64,000 nt of DNA from an uncultured Gammaproteobacteria bacterium (GCA_964604315.1 CAZRYK010000002.1:267-64266), one strand, 5' to 3'; shown: positions 1 to 10,350, counted from the stretch's first letter. Made by a program: numbers and translations. The notes: generated by a model not told the origin, from the sequence alone.

Positions 1-772
1 GCTCGATCGCGGTTTGGTATTTAAGCAACTGATTCCTTGACGTTTCGTTGTCTCCATAACGTTTTCGGCTGTAGCTTTTGACTTCATACGAATACGGCAG
101 GCCGTCCCGAGAGATGGGTACGTCAAAATCAATGGCGCTACTTTTTTCCTTATGTTGATGCGCCGCGTCAAATGTCGTTTCACCAGAAGCAAACCCGACA
201 TAATCAACAACAACATCATCCATGGCTTCGGAAAGATCAATGGATTCTCGGCCTTGCTCCACCACGAGAGTAATGCGCGACATTTCAAATGTGACGGCGC
301 GCAACGACGTGATCCGAGTCGCTTCCGAAGGCTTTGTATAAATATCTTTCAGGCGCTTAAGGTATGTCTCTTGCAATTTTTCAGGCAATGCGCCAAATGA
401 CTTGATGGCGCGCTGACGATCGCTCTCCGGAAAGAGGAGATCGTGTTGAAGAGTCTCAAAAAAAGGATCGGTTTTGAAGTCAGGTCGTGCTGTCTCCTGA
501 ACAGGAGCGTTCTCGCGCAATCGAGCGCGAAGCTCCCTTGTGCGTTCTACGGCTCTGGAATAATGAGGGTCAGAACGATCTATCGTACGCAAAAGTCGAA
601 TGTAACCATCGAGAAGCTGTTCCTCAAGCGCTCGATTTCCGCTTTCGAGCGCGAGCGCTTCTCGTTCCAGACGGTCAAATTCATTTTCCGGGGTTGATGA
701 TGGAGCAAGTTCTGCTGAAAAATCTTTTGCCTCATTTGGTTGTTCTTGCTCACTGGGTTCGCTGTTCGTCAT
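1..772 (-). CDS. Hypothetical protein with PD-(D/E)XK-like nuclease motif (runs off the window start)
   Basis: Hand-translated open frame from ATG at 772 to the edge (MTNSEPSEQ...IDFDVPISRDGLPYSYEVKSYSRKRYGDNETSRNQLLKY). D...EVK...Q..Y pattern. Not in the ORF track. Confidence 0.7.
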   Translation of the reverse strand, partial: MTNSEPSEQEQPNEAKDFSAELAPSSTPENEFDRLEREALALESGNRALEEQLLDGYIRLLRTIDRSDPHYSRAVERTRELRARLRENAPVQETARPDFKTDPFFETLQHDLLFPESDRQRAIKSFGALPEKLQETYLKRLKDIYTKPSEATRITSLRAVTFEMSRITLVVEQGRESIDLSEAMDDVVVDYVGFASGETTFDAAHQHKEKSSAIDFDVPISRDGLPYSYEVKSYSRKRYGDNETSRNQLLKYQTAIE

Positions 773-945
773 AGATAAAAGAGGTGCTTGTGAATACATT
801 ATTACTTTATTAAGAATATCATGAAACTTGATGCTTTGTCCACACAACAAGGGATGGAAAACAGAGACCCCACAAGCTATGAATGAGAACTTTGCCCGCG
901 TCTTGTGATATAATATAAACCGCAATTAGTGGTCAGAAATAAATT

Positions 946-1869
946 ATGGATATTCCAAAAAAATCTGAATTACGCAGGGATTATATTCAAGAGAAGTATG
1001 TGATTATTGCGCCGCAACGAGCGCGACGTCCACACATTGGCACAACCGATGACCACGTGTGCTTTTTTTGTCGCGACACTTTGGATCCCAAAAAAATCCT
1101 TTCGTTCCGCGGTGCCAGTAAAAAAAATTGGGACATTGCGGTGATTCCTAATATTTACCCAGCCGTGACTCTGGAAAACCCCGCGGCATACGGGCAACAA
1201 GAAGTGGTTATTGAAGCGCCGGCGCATAAAATGTTTTTTGAAGATTTGTCTGTTGCACACATCAGCAATATTCTTTCAATCTACGCCGAGCGGACCAAGG
1301 CCATTACCAAAAATAAAAAAATTGAATACGTCCTCATTTTTAAAAATGAAGGCGACAGAGCTGGAGCCTCGATTATGCATGCGCATTCGCAAATTTTTGC
1401 TTCCTCTTTTTTGCCGCCGAACTTGTTGGACAAGTCGCAGAAAGTGCAGGAGTATAAACTGCGCCATGGCACCTGCGTCTATTGCGATACTATTACTCAT
1501 GAGCGAAAAGGCCCGCGCATGGTTTGGGAAGACACGCATATCATTGCCTTTACACCGTATGCGTCCATGCATCATTACGAAGTATGGATCATGCCTAAAC
1601 GCCACATCGACAATGTTCTGGATCTGACCGCCAAGGAGCGCATGTCTTTTGCCAAGATTCTCAAAAGATTGGTTCACAAAATTCACGGGCTCAATTTACC
1701 GTACAACTACTACTTCCATCAAGTGATCCACGACGAAGATCAACACTTATACATGAAAATCACGCCGCGGGGGAGTGTGTGGGCCGGCATAGAAATTGGA
1801 AGCGGCATTATCATCAACACCGTGAGCCCGGAATCCGCCGCAGAATATTACCGAGGGAAAAATCAATAA
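946..1869 (+). CDS. galT: Galactose-1-phosphate uridylyltransferase / HIT-like family
   Basis: CxxC, N(I)YPA, GASIMHAHSQ (HxHxQ), second CxxC domain. Confidence 0.85.
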   Translation: MDIPKKSELRRDYIQEKYVIIAPQRARRPHIGTTDDHVCFFCRDTLDPKKILSFRGASKKNWDIAVIPNIYPAVTLENPAAYGQQEVVIEAPAHKMFFEDLSVAHISNILSIYAERTKAITKNKKIEYVLIFKNEGDRAGASIMHAHSQIFASSFLPPNLLDKSQKVQEYKLRHGTCVYCDTITHERKGPRMVWEDTHIIAFTPYASMHHYEVWIMPKRHIDNVLDLTAKERMSFAKILKRLVHKIHGLNLPYNYYFHQVIHDEDQHLYMKITPRGSVWAGIEIGSGIIINTVSPESAAEYYRGKNQ

Positions 1870-1994
1870 TTTCCATCTCTTACCGCCATCCTTTAACATA
1901 ACGTGTGCCAAAGCCGCGTCCACCAAAAGGTGAACACGGCCCAGGTGGGACGCCTTGTGATACTAAGACCCTTAAAGGTCTTACTCTATTAAGT

Positions 1995-2023
1995 TTGCAT
2001 AACATACAAATCTCTTCTATAAT
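1995..2023 (+). promoter_or_regulatory. Sigma70 promoter of the putative TA pair
   Basis: TTGCAT-N17-TATAAT; palindrome TAAGACC-N6-GGTCTTA just upstream (~1964-1983). Confidence 0.6.
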
Positions 2024-2048
2024 ATCTATATAAATAACTCTCAAATAT

Positions 2049-2195
2049 ATGCCCCCTAAACCTGCCCGTGAACAAATCTTGGACGATAAATGGCCTCAAG
2101 TTGATAAAAAACAGCAGGAGAGGATCATGAAAGCCCTTAAAAAGGCCTCAAAAGCTAGAATTTTTGACTACCCTCGCGAACACGTGACAGATTAA
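2049..2195 (+). CDS. Small 48-aa protein, putative antitoxin
   Basis: MPPKPAREQILDDKWPQVDKKQQERIMKALKKASKARIFDYPREHVTD; ends 11 nt before the PIN gene. Confidence 0.55.
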   Translation: MPPKPAREQILDDKWPQVDKKQQERIMKALKKASKARIFDYPREHVTD

Positions 2196-2206
2196 CTCAA
2201 TCAGCA

Positions 2207-2716
2207 ATGGTATCGAGATCGCCCATTCTTTTAGATACCTGCATTCTTAATAATCTCCTAAGTAAGGAGAAAAGTTTAGCATCTCAAACCCTTGAACTTT
2301 TATACAAGCTTTCTAAAGAGGAAAATACCTTTTATTTTAGTGAGTTTACGCAGTATGAATTACTGCGTTGCGCGATGGAAGAAAAGAAGAAAGAAATAAA
2401 AGAGTGTTTAGATAACTTTACATTTATTCCTCATTCCAAAGAAAGATTAGAACGCTCAACGCGCCTCTATGAAGCTTACGCTAAGGAACCTTTAACGAAA
2501 AACATTCTTAGCGGTGTATCTGACTGCGACATCTTTATCGGCTCTCTCATCTTTACGAAAAACAAACCACTGCTTCTTACGGCAGATTACTCCGATTTCC
2601 CGCGCCCACTTTTTATTGAAAAAGATATCCACGCAATAGAATTCACGAAAAAGGGAAATAAAAAAACGTGCTTGTACTACTATCTACTCCAAGCAAATCT
2701 AGAAACCCTCTCCTAA
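2207..2716 (+). CDS. PIN-domain (VapC-like) ribonuclease
   Basis: ILLDTC...EFTQYEL...DCDIFI...LLTADYSDF acidic PIN pattern. Confidence 0.8.
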   Translation: MVSRSPILLDTCILNNLLSKEKSLASQTLELLYKLSKEENTFYFSEFTQYELLRCAMEEKKKEIKECLDNFTFIPHSKERLERSTRLYEAYAKEPLTKNILSGVSDCDIFIGSLIFTKNKPLLLTADYSDFPRPLFIEKDIHAIEFTKKGNKKTCLYYYLLQANLETLS

Positions 2717-2816
2717 AAATCTTCAGGGATTCCTTTGTCAACTCACAAGACATCACGTTTGAATAACTACCAAGACGTCTTGAGGGGCTCGGAAAAACAA
2801 TAATATTTTCGTGCAC

Positions 2817-4010
2817 CTACGAGATTTTCAAAAACTTTCTCTTACCTACTTGAAGCACGTCTCCTTTTTGGGGAACAACATCCCAAGATGAGATTTTTTT
2901 ATCGTTGATCTTGGCGCCGCCTTGGGAAATAACGCGCTTGGCTTCGCTTTTGGATGCCAGTAACCCGCTATCGACTAAAAGATCAAGGACGTCTGCCTTC
3001 TTGGCATTGGCGAATGTCGGAATGACATCGGGTTTTTGTTTGTCTTTGAAAATATGGTTAAACTCATTGCCGGCTTTTTGCGCTTCCGCAACATTATAGT
3101 AAAACGTCACAATGGTTTTTGCCAGCTCAAATTTCACGTCGCGGGGATTGCGCTTTCCGGCTTTCATGTCTTTCATGGTCTTTTCAATATCTTCCATCGG
3201 AACATCGGTTGCCAGTTCAAAGTATTGCCCAATCAGATTATCGTTAATTGACATGATCTTCCCAAACATGTCTTTGGCCGTATCTTTCACCGCGACGATA
3301 TTGTTAAAGCTCTTGCTCATTTTCCGGCCATCGGTTCCTTCTAACATCTTAAACGTCATGACGATCTTTTCTTTGCCCAAAAGTTCGGACACCAGTGCGC
3401 GTCCGGCCAACATATTAAAAAGTTGATCCGAGCCGCCGACTTCCATATCGACCCCCATGGCAACCGAATCGTACCCTTGCATCAACGGATACAAAAATTC
3501 ATGCAAATGAATCGGCTTTCCGGCTTTCATACGTTCTTGATACATGTCGCGTTCCAAAAATTGCTGAACCGTAAAATGTGCCGCCATCTGAATCACTTCA
3601 CGAAAACTCATGTTGTCGAGCCACTCGGCATTGTAACGAAGCTCTGCCGGATTGCGCTTATCGGTGAAATCTAAAATTTTTGACGCCTGCTCTTTATACT
3701 TCTTCGCATTTGCCAACACCTCTGCGTGTGTTAAAGGTTTGCGCGTGGCGTCGCGGTCTGTGGGGTCGCCAATCCGGCCGGTGAAATCGCCGATCAGCAA
3801 AATGATTTTATGCCCCAAGTCTTGCAAGGCGCGAAGTTTACGCAAAGCGATAGCATGACCTAAATGAATGTCGGCGCCCGTTGGGTCCACGCCCAAATAC
3901 ACGATTAAGGGTTTTTTGCCGGACAGCCGCTCAACTAAAACCTTTTTCCCAATAATCTCACTTACACCCCGTGTCAGAATATCGTTTATTACGTTTTCAC
4001 TTGTTGCCAT
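2817..4010 (-). CDS. tyrS: Tyrosyl-tRNA synthetase
   Basis: GVDPTG, HLGH, YPLMQGYD, GGSDQ, KMSKS, C-terminal S4 domain. Confidence 0.98.
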   Translation of the reverse strand: MATSENVINDILTRGVSEIIGKKVLVERLSGKKPLIVYLGVDPTGADIHLGHAIALRKLRALQDLGHKIILLIGDFTGRIGDPTDRDATRKPLTHAEVLANAKKYKEQASKILDFTDKRNPAELRYNAEWLDNMSFREVIQMAAHFTVQQFLERDMYQERMKAGKPIHLHEFLYPLMQGYDSVAMGVDMEVGGSDQLFNMLAGRALVSELLGKEKIVMTFKMLEGTDGRKMSKSFNNIVAVKDTAKDMFGKIMSINDNLIGQYFELATDVPMEDIEKTMKDMKAGKRNPRDVKFELAKTIVTFYYNVAEAQKAGNEFNHIFKDKQKPDVIPTFANAKKADVLDLLVDSGLLASKSEAKRVISQGGAKINDKKISSWDVVPQKGDVLQVGKRKFLKIS

Positions 4011-4073
4011 AAAAATCGTTTAAAATCATTGTAACTCTATCAAAATTTTTGCTATACTTCAAGCATGCATGTA

Positions 4074-4144
4074 CAGCAGTCAGCCGTCAGCTGACAGAAA
4101 ATAAAAAATGTTTTAAACACTGACCACTGTCTACTGACAGCTGA
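4074..4144. repeat. Inverted heptamer tandem repeat element (CAGYNGT type)
   Basis: cagcagt-cagccgt-cagctga...AT core...actgacc-actgtct-actgaca; similar copy at 18626. Confidence 0.75.
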
Positions 4145-4153
4145 TTCCCCCTT

Positions 4154-7036
4154 ATGCCCATTCCTTCTCTTAAAACCGTTCACCCGCATAAAAAGGCCGC
4201 GGGAAAGGACGAAAAAAAACCGCATCCTTCGGCGGAAAAACCCCACCATCCCCATAAAAAAAAGACGCGGGGAGTGAAACTTTGGTTTAAACGCCTGGCA
4301 AAAATCGCCGTTTTTGCAGGTGTTGCCGGCGTATTTGCGTTTGCCGCGGCATTGGCATGGTTTTCGCGCGATCTTCCAGACACGGAAAAACTCTTACAGC
4401 GCAATCTTGCCCAAAGCACAAAAATTTACGACCGCACGGGCGAACATCTTTTGTACGAAATTCATGGCGATGAAAAACGCACGGTCATTGAGCTTGACGA
4501 TATTTCCCAAGACGCCATTGAAGCGACACTGGCTTCCGAAGACCAAAAATTTTACCAGCATCACGGTTTTGACGTCAAAGGGATTACGCGATCCGCGCTG
4601 TCAAACTTTTTTGGCGGCGGCCGAGCGGGCGGTTCCACCATCACGCAACAGTTTGTCAAAAATTCCATTCTCACGCCAGAAAAAACCTATACCCGCAAAA
4701 TCAAAGAGCTCGCTATTTCTTGGCGTTTGGAAAGTCGGTATTCCAAAGACGAGATTCTGAAATTTTATTTAAACGAAATTCCGTATGGACGCAATGCGTA
4801 CGGCATTGAATCCGCGGCCTTTACCTATTTTAATAAATCGGCTAAAGATTTAACGCTCGCAGAATCTGCAACGCTTTCGTCGATGTTGCCAGCGCCCACA
4901 TATTATTTTAATAATGTCAGTGATCTTACCACGCGCAGAAATGCCGTGTTAAATGAAATGGTCGATTTGGGCTATGCCACGCCTGAAGAAGCGCAACAAG
5001 CCAAAGACTTGGTCATTACGTTTCAGCCGCCGAGGGAAAATATTACCGCGCCGCATTTTGTTTTTTATGTCCGCGAGCAATTAGAAGAATTATTTGGCGA
5101 TCAATTAGTGGAACAAGGGGGATTAAAAGTCATCACCAGTATCGATCTTCCTAAGCAAAAAATTGCCGAAGAGGCGGTTGCCGAAAATATTGCCAAAGTG
5201 GAAGCCCGTGGCGGCGATAATGCCTCGCTTGTTTCCATTGACACCAAAACCAAACAGATTGTCGCCATGGTTGGGTCGCGGGATTTCTTTGACGCAGACC
5301 ACGATGGCCAAGTCAATATTGCTACCACGCTCCAACAACCCGGTTCGTCACTAAAGCCTTTTGTGTATTTAACCGCGTTTTCATTGGGCTACCCGCCAGA
5401 GACGATTCTTTTTGATCTTGTCACGGATTTCCCCACCGCGTCCGGCAACTACACACCGCATAATTATAATGGCGGGGAACGCGGCCCGCTATCGATGCGT
5501 CGTGCTCTGCAGGGTTCGTTGAATATCCCGGCGGTCAAAACCTTGTACTTAGTGGGTTTTGAAAAAATGTACAATACCTTGGAGGCGTTTGGCTACACCA
5601 CCTTTGCCGGACGGCCCGAGAATTTATCGCTGGTGTTGGGCGGAAGCGACGTGAAATTATTAGAGCACACCTATGCCTATTCTAGCCTTGCGCGCGAAGG
5701 CGTGTCGCACCCGTTAACATCGGTTTTGAAAGTGACAGACAAAGACGGTAAAACGCTTTTAGAATGGAAAGAAACCGACGGAGAACGGATTTTTGACAAA
5801 AACGCGGTGCGTATTCTAAATAATGTCCTTACCGATGACGCGGCACGCAGTTACGTTTTTGGCCGCGGAAGTTTATTAACGCTTCCAGACCGACCCGTGG
5901 CAGTCAAAACCGGAACCACGCAAGATTACCGCGATGCCTGGACCGTAGGGTATACGCCGAGTATTGCCGCCGGCGTATGGGTTGGCACAACCGATAACAC
6001 CGAAATGAACCGTGGAGCTGACGGCAGTATTATTGCCGCGCCGATTTGGAACACCTACATGAAAAAAGTTCTGACCGGCACACCCGTGGAAACCTTTAAT
6101 GCCCCAGAAATCCCCAAGGTCGACAAACCCTTATTGAACGGCCAGATCGATGAACTTTCGGTGCATACCGTGGATCGCGTCACCGGAAAAATTATTCCGG
6201 ATGCGTGTCTAGATACCTACCCGGCAGAATTTAAAGAAGAGCGTCAGTTTAAAGAGACCCACACCCTTTTGCATTACGTAGACAAAAGCGATCCTTCCGG
6301 GGCTGTACCGACCAATCCAGAGACCGACCCCATGTATAAAGCGTGGGAAGACAAGGTTCAACGATGGGCGCGTGGGCAAAAGGGGTACTTGGTAAACGCT
6401 TTAGAATTTGCGGACTGTTCTTTGCGCAGTACGGAAAATCTGCCCACGGTTTCTGTCACGTCGCCGGCCAATGGTTCTACACAAACACCTGCGAGCTTTG
6501 CTATTACCGCGTCCATTACCCCTGGGACAAACCGCACGCTTACCAAAGTCGTGTATCAAATCGACAACGTGACTATTGACACCGAAACCACGGCGCCGTT
6601 TACCACCGACTATCAACCCACAAATCTGACGTTTGGAGCGCATACACTGACGGTCACGGCAACAAACGATCTTTCGAATACCGGCACTGCTTCCACGACC
6701 TTTACCTACGCAGAAGGGGGCAACGATGCGTCACAAGCATTGCTCTTTATGAGCCCAACACATAATGAACAATTGTATCTTTATCAAGAGCCGTTTACCG
6801 TTCAACTTTCCGTAACCGACGAAACGGTTATTCAAACCCTAGAAGTCTTTGAGCGGTCGGTTGGGCAAAACGGCAGTGTCTTTGCAACCTTAACCGCACC
6901 CATCAGTAAAACCCCCACGGTTTCATGGACGCCTACTTCAACTGGAACCTACGACCTCTACTTTAACGTTCATACATCGAGCGGGATTCAAACATCCGAC
7001 CGCATTACCGTGGATGTCTCTCAAGGACTACGATAA
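4154..7036 (+). CDS. Class A penicillin-binding protein (PBP1A-like) with C-terminal Ig-like domains
   Basis: TM anchor, EDQKFYQHHG, GGSTITQQFVK, RKIKE, SSLK, SLN, KTGT; Thr-rich beta C-terminus. Confidence 0.95.
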   Translation: MPIPSLKTVHPHKKAAGKDEKKPHPSAEKPHHPHKKKTRGVKLWFKRLAKIAVFAGVAGVFAFAAALAWFSRDLPDTEKLLQRNLAQSTKIYDRTGEHLLYEIHGDEKRTVIELDDISQDAIEATLASEDQKFYQHHGFDVKGITRSALSNFFGGGRAGGSTITQQFVKNSILTPEKTYTRKIKELAISWRLESRYSKDEILKFYLNEIPYGRNAYGIESAAFTYFNKSAKDLTLAESATLSSMLPAPTYYFNNVSDLTTRRNAVLNEMVDLGYATPEEAQQAKDLVITFQPPRENITAPHFVFYVREQLEELFGDQLVEQGGLKVITSIDLPKQKIAEEAVAENIAKVEARGGDNASLVSIDTKTKQIVAMVGSRDFFDADHDGQVNIATTLQQPGSSLKPFVYLTAFSLGYPPETILFDLVTDFPTASGNYTPHNYNGGERGPLSMRRALQGSLNIPAVKTLYLVGFEKMYNTLEAFGYTTFAGRPENLSLVLGGSDVKLLEHTYAYSSLAREGVSHPLTSVLKVTDKDGKTLLEWKETDGERIFDKNAVRILNNVLTDDAARSYVFGRGSLLTLPDRPVAVKTGTTQDYRDAWTVGYTPSIAAGVWVGTTDNTEMNRGADGSIIAAPIWNTYMKKVLTGTPVETFNAPEIPKVDKPLLNGQIDELSVHTVDRVTGKIIPDACLDTYPAEFKEERQFKETHTLLHYVDKSDPSGAVPTNPETDPMYKAWEDKVQRWARGQKGYLVNALEFADCSLRSTENLPTVSVTSPANGSTQTPASFAITASITPGTNRTLTKVVYQIDNVTIDTETTAPFTTDYQPTNLTFGAHTLTVTATNDLSNTGTASTTFTYAEGGNDASQALLFMSPTHNEQLYLYQEPFTVQLSVTDETVIQTLEVFERSVGQNGSVFATLTAPISKTPTVSWTPTSTGTYDLYFNVHTSSGIQTSDRITVDVSQGLR

Positions 7037-7321
7037 CTGCACACGAAGCCTCTGAATACCCGGATGCTGTTTTTGAATCTGCTCTAAAATCCGCCGCTCA
7101 CGCAGCCGGATTTCATTGGCCAAAACCGAGCTTTGGACTCGCACACAAAGCTCATCACCGCGCACATAGAGTGGAGTAATACGTTGTTGAAGCTCTGGGC
7201 CAAATAACTCCCGAAAAACTGTTGTGGCGCAATCTAGTGCGCTGGAAGCATGCACATGGCGCTGAATCCCTGCACGATTCAAAGCGCTCGGTAAAAGATC
7301 GGGAAGTTTAAGAAAAGACAT
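7028..7321 (-). CDS. DUF721/DciA-like helicase loader
   Basis: 97 aa, LCVRVQSSVLANEIRL motif, downstream of dnaN. Confidence 0.75.
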   Translation of the reverse strand: MSFLKLPDLLPSALNRAGIQRHVHASSALDCATTVFRELFGPELQQRITPLYVRGDELCVRVQSSVLANEIRLRERRILEQIQKQHPGIQRLRVQLS

Positions 7322-7329
7322 GATGACTA

Positions 7330-7416
7330 GCTGTAAGTAGTAAGTAATAAGCGGTAAGTAAGGGGTAAGTAACCTTTAAGAAATACTTATTACTTACAGC
7401 TTACTACTTATTACTG
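7330..7416. repeat. Inverted heptamer tandem repeat element (NNGTAAG type)
   Basis: ctgtaag-tagtaag-taataag-cggtaag ... tacttat-tacttac-agcttac-tacttat. Confidence 0.8.
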
Positions 7417-8517
7417 CTTAATCGGCATCACAATATATACATACCCTTCCGAGTCTACGGGTTTAATCAGGCCCGGGCTGGAATGATCGACAAATTGTAA
7501 CTGAATGTCGGAAGTGGGCATATTTAGCAAGCCATCCAATAAATAGCGATGGTTAAACACAATCGACAACGCCGCGCCGGTTATTTCTGGGTGGAGCGTA
7601 ATGGTATTTTCCCCAATTTGCGCATTGGACGATGAAACAATGCAGGTTTTGTTTTCCGGTTGTAAGTCCAACACCACGTCGTTAATTCCGGACTTCGAGA
7701 ACAAACTGGCGGTTTTAATGGTTTTTACTAATTCATCGCGCGAAATGGTCATGGTTGCTGTCGCATTTTTAGGAATAATTTGCTCATAATCCGGATAATG
7801 TCCTTCAATCAAGCGCGACACAAACTGAATATCGTCAACATAAAAGACAATTTGATTCTCTGTCACTTCCACACGCACGTCGTTCTCCGCCGCGTCGGGC
7901 AACAACCGCAATAACTCTTGCCATGCGCGCCCGGGCACAATCACTTTCCCTTCTTGGGCCGGACTTTGCGTAATGGCTATTTTGCGTTCCGCTAAACGGT
8001 AACTATCGGTTGCGGCACAAATAAGCTGATTGCCGGAAAACCGCAAAAAGACTCCGCTAATTTCTGGCCGGGTTTCATCAAAAGCCACAGCAAAAGCGGT
8101 TTCCGCAACAGCAGATTTTAACTCCCCGGCATTCAAATGGAATTGATTCCCGTTTTGCACATCGGGTAGAACCGGAAATTCTTCGGTGGGTTGGCCCTTT
8201 AACACGGTATGAAAATTTTCGCATTGAACTTTTAATTCTGAACCACTGGAGGACAAATCGACTTTTTGATGCGGAAGTAAAGTTACGTAATCACTTAAAA
8301 GCCGCGCTGGAACGGTAATTTCTCCTTCTTCCTCTACTTTGCCACGCACAAAACATTTGACGCCCATTTCTAAGTTCGTCGACAATAATTCACAACCCGA
8401 CGCTGTTGCACGTAACAATAAATTATTTAAAATCGGTAAGCTGGTATTCTTCCCCGCAAGATGTGATGTTAATTGAATACCTCGTGAAAGATTTTCTTGT
8501 GTGCAAGATAGTTTCAT
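7411..8517 (-). CDS. dnaN: DNA polymerase III beta clamp
   Basis: LPIL, ATDSYRLA, SRLIEGHYPDY, IVMPI; follows dnaA. Confidence 0.98.
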   Translation of the reverse strand: MKLSCTQENLSRGIQLTSHLAGKNTSLPILNNLLLRATASGCELLSTNLEMGVKCFVRGKVEEEGEITVPARLLSDYVTLLPHQKVDLSSSGSELKVQCENFHTVLKGQPTEEFPVLPDVQNGNQFHLNAGELKSAVAETAFAVAFDETRPEISGVFLRFSGNQLICAATDSYRLAERKIAITQSPAQEGKVIVPGRAWQELLRLLPDAAENDVRVEVTENQIVFYVDDIQFVSRLIEGHYPDYEQIIPKNATATMTISRDELVKTIKTASLFSKSGINDVVLDLQPENKTCIVSSSNAQIGENTITLHPEITGAALSIVFNHRYLLDGLLNMPTSDIQLQFVDHSSPGLIKPVDSEGYVYIVMPIKQ

Positions 8518-8534
8518 AAGATATAAGAAAGGTC

Positions 8535-8760
8535 TTTTTAATTAGTAGTAGTAATAAGCCCTGTGGAAACGCGGGATAAGCCGTTTTTGCGTGCAATGTA
8601 AGAGGTCTTTTTTGGGAAAACTCCTGCGCATGGATTCCGTATAGTCTGGGGATGATTTTGGCTTGTGTTTTTGTGCTGTGGAGAACGGCTATTTTGTTCA
8701 CAACTTCGCACGCTGTTCTCCCTTCCTTTTCCGCAACCTTATACACACATTATCCCCGAA
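8535..8760 (-). promoter_or_regulatory. oriC unwinding half (DnaA boxes, DnaA-trios, AT-rich)
   Basis: Minus strand TTATCCCGC-GTTTCCACA-GGGC-TTATTACTACTACTA-ATTAAAAAG (8579-8534); further boxes TGTGGAGAA and TTATACACA (8739-8747). Confidence 0.85.
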
Positions 8761-8777
8761 AAAGCGTTCGCGAAGCA

Positions 8778-10166
8778 TTAAGAATGGTAAATTTTTTGAC
8801 GCAACGAGACAATGTCTTGTTTAATGCGCTCGTCTTTGTGAACGTATTCTTCCATTTTGGTGCATGCATGCATGGCGGTGGTATGATCGCGTCCGCCAAA
8901 CTCGCGGCCAATGCTGGGGTAACTGCTATTCATTTCCGCGCGCATTAAATACATGGCGATTTGCCGCGGAATCACCAATTCTTTTTTGCGGCTTCCTCCG
9001 GTGATCTCCTCAATAGTGATATCAAAAAACACCGACACCACTTCAATGATCCGTTTAGGTGTAATGGCGCCGCGTTGCCCGTTTTGCACCGCGCTTCCTA
9101 AGATTTCTTTGGCCTGCTCCAGGTCAATATTGATTCTTTTTAAGTCGCGAAAGGCCGAGAGCTTGTTCAGCGCGCCCTCTAGCTCGCGGATGTTGCTTTG
9201 GATATTTTCCGCAATATAATGCAAGACATCTTCCTGGAATTCTACGCCCCATTCTTGGCACTTTTTTTCAATAATCGCCATGCGGGTTTCGAATTCCGGA
9301 ACCGAAATGTCGGCGATCATGCCCCATTGGAATCGCGACACCAAACGATCTTCCAACGCCGGAATCGCCTTGGGCGGCCGGTCAGACGTTAAAATAATTT
9401 GTTTATCGGCTTGGTGCAGGGTATTAAACGTGTGGAAAAACTCTTCTTGCGTGCCTTCTTTTCCGGAAATAAACTGAATATCGTCAATTAAGAGCACGTC
9501 CACATTACGGTAGCGTTTTTTGAAATTTTCACTTTGCCCCTCTTGCACGGATTTAATAAATTCATTGGTGAATCGTTCGCTGGTAACATAGACCACGCGC
9601 GCTTTAGGGTAGTGGCGCTGAATTTCGTGGCCCACCGCTTGCATAATATGGGTTTTCCCCAACCCCACACCACCATAAATAAAAAGCGGGTTATACACTG
9701 TGCCCGGACTTTTAACAACCGCCATACACGCGGCCCGCGCCAATTCATTGTTTTTGCCCACAATAAAGTTGTCGAACGTGTATTTGGGGTTGAGGCCACC
9801 GGAAGACATTTGTGGAGCAATAATGGCATCCATAGAGGGCGAAGGTTGAGGGTTGAGTATTTGTTGTTGAATCGTTGCGGGGTTTTGCACAGGCGTGCGT
9901 GCCGCATCCACACTTTTTTTCGTTGCCACACGGTAGGTAATCTTCAAAACCGCTAATCCTGTCACACTTTGCAATGCTCGAGTGATCTCTTTATGGTATT
10001 TTTGCTCCAACCACGACATGGTAAAGGTGTTGGGGCAGGCAATGACCACGTTCGCGTCTTCGTGAACATCAACAAACGTGTTTTTAAACCACGTTGTGAA
10101 GTTCGCTTTACTCAAAGAGAGCTCCAGTTCGCCCAATACTGCTTGCCACAGTTGATCTCTTTCCAT
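8778..10166 (-). CDS. dnaA: Chromosomal replication initiator
   Basis: LNPKYTF, YGGVGLGKTH, LLIDDIQF, GGRDHTT. Start moved to MERDQLW because the longer ORF overlaps DnaA boxes. Confidence 0.98.
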   Translation of the reverse strand: MERDQLWQAVLGELELSLSKANFTTWFKNTFVDVHEDANVVIACPNTFTMSWLEQKYHKEITRALQSVTGLAVLKITYRVATKKSVDAARTPVQNPATIQQQILNPQPSPSMDAIIAPQMSSGGLNPKYTFDNFIVGKNNELARAACMAVVKSPGTVYNPLFIYGGVGLGKTHIMQAVGHEIQRHYPKARVVYVTSERFTNEFIKSVQEGQSENFKKRYRNVDVLLIDDIQFISGKEGTQEEFFHTFNTLHQADKQIILTSDRPPKAIPALEDRLVSRFQWGMIADISVPEFETRMAIIEKKCQEWGVEFQEDVLHYIAENIQSNIRELEGALNKLSAFRDLKRINIDLEQAKEILGSAVQNGQRGAITPKRIIEVVSVFFDITIEEITGGSRKKELVIPRQIAMYLMRAEMNSSYPSIGREFGGRDHTTAMHACTKMEEYVHKDERIKQDIVSLRQKIYHS

Positions 10167-10199
10167 AGTTTCCTTAGTTTTTTTACCAAAGGAATTATT

Positions 10200-10285
10200 G
10201 CGTGGAACTATCATAGCACAATTATCCACAGGTGGAAATTTTATACCCATTGTGGATTTGTGTACATCTTGTGGATAAGCTGTGT
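10200..10285. promoter_or_regulatory. DnaA-box cluster upstream of dnaA
   Basis: TTATCCACA 10222-10230, TGTGGATAA 10270-10278, near-matches TTATACCCA and TGTGGATTT. Confidence 0.9.
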
Positions 10286-10350
10286 TTATGTTCTTTGGGT
10301 GTTTTTTCTTAACCCTTATCCCTTAAACCTTACGCCTTAATTTTAATACA

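Noticed and set aside
152-774. Three short plus-strand ORFs
   Set aside because: They are shadows of the longer minus-strand frame starting at 772.
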